In this document: positions 14,496 through 24,629 of the stretch, piece by piece | How positions within the stretch are numbered: the stretch's first letter is position 1 | Layout: every line of letters begins with the position of its first letter | Program-made: the position numbers and the translations under genes | Origin: Eledone cirrhosa | Lineage: Eukaryota | Reading direction: 5' to 3' | Assembly: GCA_964016885.1 (NCBI GenBank) | Contig: OZ024747.1 | Span: 47,554,001 to 47,618,000, forward strand | DNA length: 64,000 nt | The notes under the pieces: generated by a model | What the model saw: only the letters and a program-made list of their open reading frames with translations | What the model was told of the DNA's origin: nothing | Databases searched by the model: none

Positions 14496-14617
14496 TAAAA
14501 TAACAGATTAAAGTTTAAGCAAAGAAGCGCTGCTTTCACCCTTAACGGGATCTTCAGAAGATCCTGTTAATGGTGAAAGCAGTGATTCTTTGCTTAAAAC
14601 ATTAATCTGTTATTTTA
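14496..14617. repeat. Imperfect palindrome with hammerhead-like core (Penelope-like pLTR remnant)
   Basis: Arms TAAAATAACAGATTAA..TTTAAGCAAAGAA and reverse complement; minus strand CTGAAGA-TCCCGTTAAGGGT-GAAA-GCAGCGC-TT. Confidence 0.55.
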
Positions 14618-14696
<79 letters not shown>

Positions 14697-15233
14697 CACA
14701 ACAACACTACCAGCTCTCTCTTCCATCTCCTTCTCTCTGTCCTTCTCTCTCTATTTATGAAGGTGCCTGGGAAAACCCCATATCTCGGGAACCCATTCTC
14801 CGATTTACGCAAAACTTGTTTTATTCCATTTGTATTCACATTTCAGGGTCAACTTCCTTGCAAAGTATTTTCCCCTTATGGGCCCTTTAGGGTGTATTAC
14901 ATTACAGACAAGCAAGCAAGCAATCACAGAATTGTAGTAATATAGTAAACCACCCGTGAACCATGGGTCACATTTACTTAAAAATAATTTTTAAATAATT
15001 AAAATATACACAGACACGTATATAAGGTAAAATGAAGCTGGAAGGCCCATATATATACATGTGTGTGTATACATATATAAATGTGTGTGTGTGTGTGTAT
15101 ATACATATATATATATGTATGTGTGTTTGTATATATATATATGTGGGTGTCTGTATACACTGGTCATAGACACACACACACATATATATACACACACACA
15201 CTCACATATATGTATATACACAACAACACCACC

Positions 15234-15311
<78 letters not shown>

Positions 15312-15569
15312 ATGAAGGTACCCGGAAAAATCCCATATTTCAGGATCCCATGTTCCAGTTTACGCAAAACTTGTTTTATTCCATTTGTATTCCCATTTCA
15401 GAGTATTACATTTACAGACAAGCAAGCAATCAATCACAGACTCTTAGTAGTATATAGATAGATTATGCAATCACATGTTCATTCACAAAAAAAATCTATA
15501 TATCTTTGGTCATTTTATGAGCTTCAATAACTCTGAAACATTTCCATGTTGTCACCTTACAGTTAAAAA

Positions 15570-16020
15570 TCAGATTCATTTCTCAATACAAACGATATAA
15601 GGTCATGTAGCTTGCTAAAGCAGTGGTTAACCATACAGGCCCGATGACAACTTCTCCATTTTGCTCTATCAGCTGCATTTCCCCCTTATCCCTAGATTTC
15701 ATTTCCTCTTCCAACATCCTCAGACATATCTTTCTTGGTTTTCCCCTTCCTCTACTTGCTTCCACATTTATTTCTATCATTCCTCTTACCGAGTCACTTT
15801 CATCCTTCCTCAACATATAATCCAACCATCTACTCCCATTATCCTCTACTATTCTTTGTTCATCTTGCTCTCACTCAGCAATACTCCACTCATCCACCAA
15901 GCCATTCACATTTCCATCTTTTCATGCCTTCTCTGCTGTTCCACATTCATCACCAATGTCATGCTTCCATAAATCATTATTCATTTCCCAATGCATTTCA
16001 TCCGGGTTTAAACACAGCCA
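15570..16020 (-). pseudogene. Degenerate RTE LINE 3' fragment
   Basis: Minus-strand peptide VEASRGRGKPRKI matches the RTE C-terminal G-R-P-R-K-x-W region. Confidence 0.6.
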
Positions 16021-16919
16021 ACTTCTTCTAGTGAGGAGGGGGGAGAATTGGGAAGAGAGAGAGAAAGAATCGGCTTTAGTACTTGTACATTATTTATCGA
16101 CCTTGAAAGAATAAGCAGATTTGAACTGAGTAGAGAGAGCCGGAACAAATATTGTGAAGAATTTTATCCAATGCTCTAACAGTTCAGCCAACTCACCCCT
16201 CTTTGAACTAATAAGTAACACTGTCTTATTTATAAAAATTTAAGTCAATTCATTAAGAAAAATAGCTAAATACAGTCAATTATCAACCCTAATATGAATC
16301 AAATGTGCCTAGTTAGTGTAGCACAAACACTAGTTATGTCACTTAAGAATTGGTTATTTTACAGGCATTAATAGTGTCAAGAATAATTTTACCATTCACT
16401 TGAAATGGATCTAATGAATTACATACAGTATGAATAATAAAATACTAGGATCAATTAGAAATGGTGGCATAAAATACATTCCAAGTGTTTTCTTTAATTT
16501 GTAAATTCAATCTTGCCTTACAAGATCACAGGGCGTTGAGGTTCAGATTTTGTACTTAGTGTTTAAGATGACCCATAGTTTATGGGAACTTTTTTAAGGC
16601 TCAAATTCTATCCTAAACACTGATGTATACTGCATATCCCTGTTATTCTAAGTTCTAACCCTCATGGTTCTAACACTGCTGATGGAATTTAATAAGACCA
16701 AAACGTGTCCAAAGTTGTCACCATATTGTTAAAGAAGACTCATTTTCCATGTTGCATTCCATATTAAATTTATTTAATATGGAATGGCATCTCTGATGCT
16801 GCAATACCTACCTTTATATCTTTAATAATCCTTTAGATTCTATAGTAATTAAACTTCAATATCTGGTTGGGACTACTTGGTGGAGAAAATCTCTCTCTCT
16901 ATATATATATATATATATG

Positions 16920-16971
<52 letters not shown>

Positions 16972-19512
16972 CTCCTTATTCAACAAATGCTCATAGAATT
17001 TCCATGCTTCTATTTTCTCAGCATCAGTGAAGGTGAGAATATCACATCACTACCATTACATTTTGATTCACTTAGTAAATTTGGAACATTTTATGACAGA
17101 ATATTGTCAAACCTCTTATCTGCTTTTCTCCATAATACATATACTTGCTATTTACCCTCTTTTCTATTTACCTAGTATTGTTAATTACTCCCCTTTTTTA
17201 TCATCCTTTCTAGGCCTGTCTCTAAGATTTTATAGAACTATCTACTCTATCATCCAATCATCATATCACCTTTCACCTGGCTGGAACCTTGCTCCATCCA
17301 CAGATTTTCTTTGTGTTTTGCAGCTAGTTGTCTCATAGAAACTCCCAATTGTCCTCTATGTCATAGTTCTCTATCCCCTTCCACTTGTCATCATAGTCAC
17401 AGTATATGGTAAAAGAATTTTTCAGCTTCGATCTCTAGTTTGTCTTCTGTCTAGTTCTTATCCTAGGGTCATTAATCTATTTTAAGTGTTATGGTACTTT
17501 GTACTGGCTTATTTTGTTGATAAGGCTAGCATAAAATCTGTTATTGACCTTTGCTTCAAATATGTCTTTAATTAATACTAATTTTATTGTTATTGTTACT
17601 ATTGTTGATGCTGTAGTAGTGGGTGGGGGAGGGGACTCAGTCAGTTTGGGGGTTGGAGACTGAAAATAGAAGGGAAGACTAATGAGATGCTTTAATGATC
17701 CACAAATGTTTGAACTTTCCCCCTCAATATATTGATTGTGTTCTGATGTGTAGTGGCGTGCTCTTGTTGATATGCAAATAAGTAAAGATACTAACGTACC
17801 ATGTGGAAAGTATAAGTTCTGACCAGCATGTAACTGAAACATTCATTATATTTCATAAGCTGTACTTGATGGTCATTACTTGTTATGCTTGAAGTACATT
17901 TCTTATTTGTTTATATTCCAGCTAGATCAGTTAGAGATGGTTGCTTCTGACCTGCTGGAAGGAGTGCAAGATGATTGGATAACATCCATGAGCTTGTCTG
18001 ATCTTGTTTGGGGATCCAGTCAGATCAGTTGGAGATGGTTGCTTCTGACAGGTTCCGCTGCATAAGTGGGCAAAGAATGTGGGTTAGAATGTCTCAGGAA
18101 AGAATCGCTGGACAGATTTTACGAGCAGGAGACCCAGGGGTAGACTCCGAGCAAGATGGTTGGATAACATCCATGAACTTGTCTGGTCTCATTTGGGGAC
18201 CCAATCAAATCAGTTGGAAACAGGTGCTTCTGACAAAACCCGCTGGAAGGAATGTCTGAGGACTCTGCTCCCTCGACCCACTCAGGCTTAAGTGGGCAAA
18301 GAAGAAGAAGTGGGTGATAGCGAGGCTAAGGTACTAGAACAACCAAGCACCCTCATGGGCATCACCTGATACATCAGTAAGGCAAGCCTTCATTGTCAGC
18401 AGCCCAGCTCCTCTGCACATTTTGAATGCCACATACTGGGAACTTTGCAATTATGTAATTTCATGTACATCGTTTAATTTAAAAAATACTCTTTTCAATA
18501 AATTAACCATTATCTAGTAATTTATTTTCTCCAAAGTGGAACTCTCTCCTTTCTTCTTCTTTCTCTAAATGGTGTAATCATATTTCTTTGAAATTTTCTG
18601 CTAATCATTTTCTGATTTTAAGGATAAAAACCTCTTTCGATTTTGTTTTCCATTTCTTTTGTAGCTCCTAATAAATTAAGCTGCTGATAATGGTCTGCTC
18701 TATTGCTGGTTACTTGCTGCCTTGTTGGGAGTGACTCCCAATAAAAAAGTAAATTCTAGTGGGAAAGGTTTCTGCGACTTGTAATGCTGAGATCTAGTAT
18801 TCTCACATAATATATAACCTGTGATAAAGTAGTGTTTCAATAAAAATAAGATTTGGCTCTTATCATCTTAACACCAGAAAAAAATCAGAAATAAAAATGA
18901 TGTCAGTGGTTCACAGAGGTCTGTAAATGGATAGATTTGTGGCATTTAAGACATTTGGTGGAGCTGGGCCATTGACAGGGAAGTTCTTATCATCGTTGAC
19001 GGCTCACCTTACCGAGATGTCAGGTGGTGCCTGTGAGAATGCCTGACTGTTTGAATACCTTAGCCTCACCATCACCCATTGTAATGCTGCGAGAGTGTTG
19101 GCTTGCCTCAAAATTTTTGGTTGACCCTTATGGTGTGCAGCTGACTATCACACTTGGTGGTCGTTTTTGTTTGTTGTTTTTTCTTTCCTTTTCTTTTTCT
19201 CTGATTTTGATCATATATCTTTGTTAAAATTATTAATTATTCTTTACCAAGATAGTAACTTAATGTAAAATTATGTTGGAAGATTTTGGTATAAATTGGA
19301 AACCCTTAAAATGGGTTATTTTATTTCATAGAAACAGCTGGTTTGGGCCAGATTGGTAACTAAAAGATTAAACAACATTGTATCTAGCTAAAATAAATAA
19401 TAATTTTGTAATGCTAGCCAAGTAAATCGAATAATTCTTTCTGTATTTTATTACCAGATGGAAATTTTATATTTGAAAAAATGTCTTTTCAGTGACAGAT
19501 AAAGGATCGAAA

Positions 19513-19588
19513 ATGATTTACTTGATACTTATTGGTTGTCTAATATTAGTAGGAGTGTCTGGACAAATTCCTAAGCCCATGAGTGATG
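19513..19588 (+). CDS. Host gene first coding exon: signal peptide MIYLILIGCLILVGVSG-QIPKPMSD
   Basis: Acceptor CTTTTCAG ending 19492, ATG 19513, hydrophobic h-region with V-S-G cleavage site, donor G|GTAAGT phase 1 matching the next exon. Confidence 0.8.
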
Positions 19589-21230
19589 GTAAGTTTTATT
19601 AAATATATATCTTTGACATTACCTAGTATTTTTTATTGACTAGAAAGCAAAAAAAAAGAAGTTATATAAAAAAAATTATAACAAGCTTATAAATATTTTG
19701 GTGGTTGTGTGGTGTTTGGCAAAATGTCAAATAAAGATAGAAACAAGTGGAGCCAGCAGTCCTCGACCGCAGAGATGACAAGTGCCTCAACAGAATTACC
19801 CTCGTCTCATTGAAGGAGGTAAATCCCTCATCTGAGAGGCCACATGGTGTGACACGTTCTCTGCCTCCAACTTAGTCACTGGTAGACTGTGACTCTGTTC
19901 TGCCAAGCTCCTCCACAAAATTGGTATGTCAGCAGCTTGTCTGAGGAAGGAGCCCTGCAAGGTGGGATGGTTGTTGCAGTAGGTGTTGCTGGCCATTGTC
20001 CATGGAAATGCCTTTGCGGTTCTGTCAGCTGAAAGATGACTCATGTATACACTGCTCCTTCCAGTTCTTGCTCCAGAATAAATCAATGACCTCTTAATAT
20101 ATCTTTGATTGAAGCAAGCAGATGATAGTTTGAAGGAACAAGATCTTGGCTGTATGAAGACTGCTTCAGTACCCCAGATTTCAGTTTCTGAAATCAACAA
20201 TGTGAGAAGCAGTGTAAGAGCAAGATTTGTTGTGCAACAATACAACTTTTAAAAGTACTCCATACTTCAATTTTTAACTTGTTATGCAACATCTCGTTAT
20301 AATGAGCACTGTTTACTATTGAGCCATTCTCAACTAATTAGACTTTGTGTTTTTCCATCTCTGTGTTTGTATTGTCATTTCTTTATCTCTCTCTCTATAT
20401 ATATAGATATAGATAGATAAATAGATAGATAGATAGTTGATGGCTGAGAAAAAAAAGAGTACTCAATACCGAAGTAGAGTTTAACTATTCATTTTATTAA
20501 TACTCTGGAGTTTCATCTGTCTATCACAGGGCAAAACTCCAGAGTAATAATTGTTTCTACTTTTGGCACAAGGCCAGCAATTACCCCAGTACATTACTGG
20601 TGCTTTATTTTATGGACCCTGTAAGGATGAAAGGCAAAGTTAACCTCGGCAGGATTTGAACTCAGACTGTAAAGGGGCATAACTCTATGCTGCAAAACAT
20701 GGCACTCACCCGCTACTGATACTGCCAATCCCTTATAATACTCACCATTTAGCCTTAATAAAATGAATAGCATAGTGGATAAGGTTTCAATCTCTATATA
20801 GGTAAATATATATACAATATTTATATATATATATATATATCATCATCATCATCATCATCAGCGTTTAACGTCCGTGTTCCACGCTTGCATGGGTTTGGAC
20901 GGGGGTAGTCCCACTTGAGGCAAGAGTGATTGTCTTGCTCGCATAGGACTGTCTGGCAGGTTTTCTACAGTTGGATGCCCTTCCTAACACCAACCACATT
21001 TACAGTGTGGGTCTGGGAGGTTTTTACCGTGTTGCCTACACGGCCACATTACAGCGTGGACTGTGTGTTTTTTTGTCGTGACACCTACACGATCTCATTT
21101 GTTTCGGCCTCGATGGCGCGGCACCAACATAACTTTACATAGAACGGGGTGGTGTGGATCGGGTGGGGGTGGTGGGACGGGGTGTATTTGTTAGAGATGC
21201 CTACTGGCTGGAGTAGGTTTTACTATATAT

Positions 21231-24200
21231 TTAGGTAAGGCGGGTCTTCTCTGTTACTGAGTACCGCCAAAGGTCTCGGTCCAGTGACATTGTCTTGGAG
21301 AGGTGTAAGTGTGTGATGTCGGAGTTTATCAGCTCGTCCCAGGTTTTTCTAGGTCTGCCTATTCCGTGACTACCGTCTATCTTTATTGCCCTGCACTTTG
21401 TTATACAGCTATCGACTTTCATGCGCATCACGTGTCCATACCAACGTAGCCTTCTCTCGAGTAAACAACATCTGATCCCTCTTATCTCTAATTTTTTCCT
21501 TAGTTCGTTTATGCTTTGCCGTTCACGTATATTACTGTTACACATCCAGCGGAGCATGCAAGCTTCGTTCCTCTCTAGTCTGCGTATATCCTCTGCACAC
21601 AATGCCCAGGTCTCACTGCCATGCAGCATTGCTGTTCGTATGCAGGCATCGTACAACCTGCCTTTCATTTTTAGTGAGAACCCTTTAGCAGCTAATAGTG
21701 GTATAAGCTCTCTGAACTTTTTCCAACCAGTTCTGACTCTAGCTACAGTACTTTCAGAGCACCCTCCCCCACTGCTGATTTTATCGCCCAGGTAACGGAA
21801 GCTGTCCACTATTTCTATAGAACCCTCTGCGCAATTGAAAGAGCTAGTAGTTTGTGGGCACTTGCTGCTACTTATTGCACCAGAGCACCGGCCACATGTA
21901 AAATCTATGTTCTTAGTTAGCCTACCTGTGATCCCACTACATCTTTTATGCACCCATACTTTGCATTTAGGACATAAAATGGAGTTTCTACCTACGCCTT
22001 TCCTACACACCGAGCACGACCATTTCCCAGAAGGGACCGCCGCCTTGTTTTCTTTCCTACAAACTAGTACTTTGGTCTTAGCCAGGTTAATTTTAAGTCC
22101 TTTTGACTCTAGGCCGTGCTTCCATGTTTGGAATTTCTTCTCTAGCTCGGCCATTGATTCCGCTATGAGTGTCAGGTCGTCTGCGTATAGGAGTTCCCAT
22201 GGGCAGCCTGTCTTGAACTCCTCTGTTATGGCCTGAAGGGCAATAATAAATAGTAGTGGACTGAGAACAGAGCCCTGATGGACGCCGACTTTTACGCTAA
22301 ACTCTTCACTATATTCGTTGTTAATTCTAACCTTGCTGACTGTTTCTTTATACATGGCTTGTATAGCCCTCACAAGCCATTCGTCAACGCCTAGTTTTCT
22401 AAGAGCCCACCAGATAATGGAGCGGGGGACTCTGTCGAAGGCTTTCTCCAAGTCGACAAAAGCTAAGTAGAGGGGTTTACCTTTAGCTAGGTACTTCTCT
22501 TGTAGTTGTCGTACTATGAAAAGAGCGTCTGTGGTACTTTTGCCTGACACAAACCCGAACTGCATTTCATCTAGGTCAATTCTCTCTCTGATTAGCTGCG
22601 CTATCACTCTTTCCGTGACCTTCATGACCTGGTCGATTAATTTAATGCCTCTATAGTTACTCCTATCTAGGGCGTCTCCTTTACCCTTATAACAGTTAAC
22701 GATGATGCTGCTATGCCAGTCCTTCGGAACAACCCCGTTTTGTACGACTTGGTTAACTATGCGGGTGACCATGGTGTGTCCCACCGTGCCAGATGCCTTC
22801 AGCATCTCAGCAACTATTTCCGAAGGCCCAGCCGCCTTACCAGTCTTCATATCCTTGATTGCCTTACTTATTATACTCCCCTCGACTAACACTGCTGGTC
22901 CCTCTATTGGGTCGATATGGGGGAGACTGCCTTTCTCCCAATTATTCTCCTCATTTAGAAGCCTTTCATAGTGACACTTCCAAGCTACCTTCTTATCAGC
23001 GTCGGTGATGGCAAGTGTGCCATCGTCGTTTAGTACACACTTCTCCCCGACAATATCACGGTTTTCCTTGACGCATTGCCTAGCAATCCTGAACACCTCA
23101 CGTTTTTGGTCATCGCGTTGTAGAACATGCTTGAACTTTCTTTCCTCAGCTTCCCTTCTTGCTAAGTACACTTGTCTCCTAGCTTCCCTCCTGGCCACTT
23201 GATAGTCCTCTCTACTTCCCCCATCCCGCCATACTTTCCAAGCCTGCTTTTTGGCCTTAATTGACCCCTCCACCTTACTGTTCCACCACCATGTTACTCT
23301 CCTCCTGCCTACAGGCCTGCTCCAGCCACAGACCTCGTCTGTCGCCAACAGCAGGTTTGCTTTCAGAAATTCCCACTCTCCCTCTATATTGTCCGACTCT
23401 AAATGTTCTTCCTTACTGTCGAAAGCATCAAGTAATATGCTTTGAAATTTATTCCTGGCTGTGGGGTCCTTTAACTTCCATATTTTCCTCCTGAGGATAG
23501 TCCTCTTCTGTTGTCGAGTACGTCTCGTCCTGACTATGAGGTCGCTAATTATCAGTCTATGTTGGGAGGTGCATTCTTCATGGGGGAGGGATTTAGTGTT
23601 AACAACAGACACTCTGTCACGTCTTCTGGTAAGGATATAATCTACCTGGCTTGTGTGTTCCCCGGATCTATAGGTGATCAGGTGATTGTCACGTTTTTTG
23701 AAGTTAGTGTTACAGATAGTTAGGTTATTTGCATCACAGAATTCCAGGATTCTGGAGCCTTCCTCATTTCTAGTACCAAACCCATAGCCTCCATGGATTT
23801 CGTCGTAGCCGTCACAATGTTGTCCAACGTGACCATTTAGGTCGCCTGCGATAATTATATAGTCACTGTCGGATATTTGGGAGGTAGTTAGCATCAGTGT
23901 CTCATAGAATCTGTCTTTTATAGTGCCGGGCAGTCCGGATTGGGGTGCGTACGCAGATATTACTGTCACCGTAGTTCTATTGAGGACAAGTCGTATTTTA
24001 ATTATTCTGTCGTTCACTCTATTTACGTCTATTATCTTATCTGCCCACTTTTCTGCTACCATGATTCCTACTCCACCCAGCCCATCGTCGTTTCCCACCC
24101 AGAAAAGCTTATAACAACGTTTTTTACCCTCAATGAACCTAGCAGACCCACCCCTCCACCTGGTCTCTTGAATACAACAAACATCGACCTCCTTACGTTC

Positions 24201-24401
24201 AAGCATTTCTACAACCTCGTTAGCGCGACCCTTTAGGGTGCCTACATTTATGGTACCAACTCTGAAGTTTTGGATTGCGTTTGGGGGTTGGGGGCGGTGA
24301 GGGGCGGGGGGCGATGGTGTTATGTTAGCCGTCCGCGGTCGAAACAATGAGGAGTGCTCGCATTCTCGTCCAAGGGGTGAATTTGTCTTTATCTTTGGCA
24401 T
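21231..24401 (-). CDS. Intact RTE ORF: APE endonuclease + reverse transcriptase + internal PHD finger
   Basis: Uninterrupted frame 21231-24593; APE motifs GTINVGTL, CIQETRW, GDLNGH, VDYIL, SQHRL; RT motifs QFGF, DLEKAFD, QGSVLSP, YADD, YLG; candidate starts at ATG 24461 or 24401. Confidence 0.95.
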   Translation of the reverse strand: MPKIKTNSPLGRECEHSSLFRPRTANITPSPPAPHRPQPPNAIQNFRVGTINVGTLKGRANEVVEMLERKEVDVCCIQETRWRGGSARFIEGKKRCYKLFWVGNDDGLGGVGIMVAEKWADKIIDVNRVNDRIIKIRLVLNRTTVTVISAYAPQSGLPGTIKDRFYETLMLTTSQISDSDYIIIAGDLNGHVGQHCDGYDEIHGGYGFGTRNEEGSRILEFCDANNLTICNTNFKKRDNHLITYRSGEHTSQVDYILTRRRDRVSVVNTKSLPHEECTSQHRLIISDLIVRTRRTRQQKRTILRRKIWKLKDPTARNKFQSILLDAFDSKEEHLESDNIEGEWEFLKANLLLATDEVCGWSRPVGRRRVTWWWNSKVEGSIKAKKQAWKVWRDGGSREDYQVARREARRQVYLARREAEERKFKHVLQRDDQKREVFRIARQCVKENRDIVGEKCVLNDDGTLAITDADKKVAWKCHYERLLNEENNWEKGSLPHIDPIEGPAVLVEGSIISKAIKDMKTGKAAGPSEIVAEMLKASGTVGHTMVTRIVNQVVQNGVVPKDWHSSIIVNCYKGKGDALDRSNYRGIKLIDQVMKVTERVIAQLIRERIDLDEMQFGFVSGKSTTDALFIVRQLQEKYLAKGKPLYLAFVDLEKAFDRVPRSIIWWALRKLGVDEWLVRAIQAMYKETVSKVRINNEYSEEFSVKVGVHQGSVLSPLLFIIALQAITEEFKTGCPWELLYADDLTLIAESMAELEKKFQTWKHGLESKGLKINLAKTKVLVCRKENKAAVPSGKWSCSVCRKGVGRNSILCPKCKVWVHKRCSGITGRLTKNIDFTCGRCSGAISSSKCPQTTSSFNCAEGSIEIVDSFRYLGDKISSGGGCSESTVARVRTGWKKFRELIPLLAAKGFSLKMKGRLYDACIRTAMLHGSETWALCAEDIRRLERNEACMLRWMCNSNIRERQSINELRKKLEIRGIRCCLLERRLRWYGHVMRMKVDSCITKCRAIKIDGSHGIGRPRKTWDELINSDITHLHLSKTMSLDRDLWRYSVTEKTRLT

Positions 24402-24525
24402 TGTCGCTGAGCGTCCAGATTTTTCTCTCTCACCTCCACTCTCCAGGATTCCGCAGTCCATCCATCCATCATATATCGTATATCGAAAGGCAACCAGGCA
24501 AGCGATAGTATAGGCCTCTGGTTTC

Positions 24526-24589
24526 TGATTGGTCCGCGTAATAATACTGGTGATACGTGGGGGCTGTTTTATGATTGGTCCACGTAATA
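24526..24589. promoter_or_regulatory. Duplicated 18-mer TGATTGGTCCRCGTAATA (CCAAT box fused to CCACGT/CCGCGT; ERSE-II/UPRE-II-like)
   Basis: ATTGGTCCGCGT at 24528-24539 and ATTGGTCCACGT at 24574-24585, 46 bp apart, in the LINE unique 5' UTR; function inferred only. Confidence 0.55.
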
Positions 24590-24629
24590 GCAATGGTGGT
24601 GTGTGGGGGTGGGAGGGAGGGGTGTTGGG

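Larger units (their letters stand above)
11945..15458 (-). mobile_element. Head-to-tail dimer of a non-autonomous Helitron, first unit interrupted by RTE, SINE and PLE insertions
   Basis: Minus-strand A|TC 5' end at 15458, 3' hairpin GTGACCC-AAC-GGGTCAC (11956-11972) and CTAG|T end at 11945; second hairpin at 14956-14971; internal blocks duplicated between 11945-14945 and 14945-15458. Confidence 0.75.

Noticed and set aside
14130-15461. ORFs rich in YI, CV, HT, SL or ER dipeptides (also near 37185-38317 and 58265-58861)
   Set aside because: Translations of (TA)n, (CA)n and (CT)n microsatellites
17915-18270. Three diverged repeats of ATCAGTTRGARA.GGT.GCTTCTGAC as a structured array
   Set aside because: Irregular spacing, and the intervening sequences are themselves duplicated; most likely decayed retroelement sequence
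19796-20245. 149-aa minus-strand ORF
   Set aside because: No recognisable domain or splice support; probably an old mobile-element fragment
21421-24513. Plus-strand ORFs overlapping the RTE ORF
   Set aside because: Antisense shadows of the LINE coding frame
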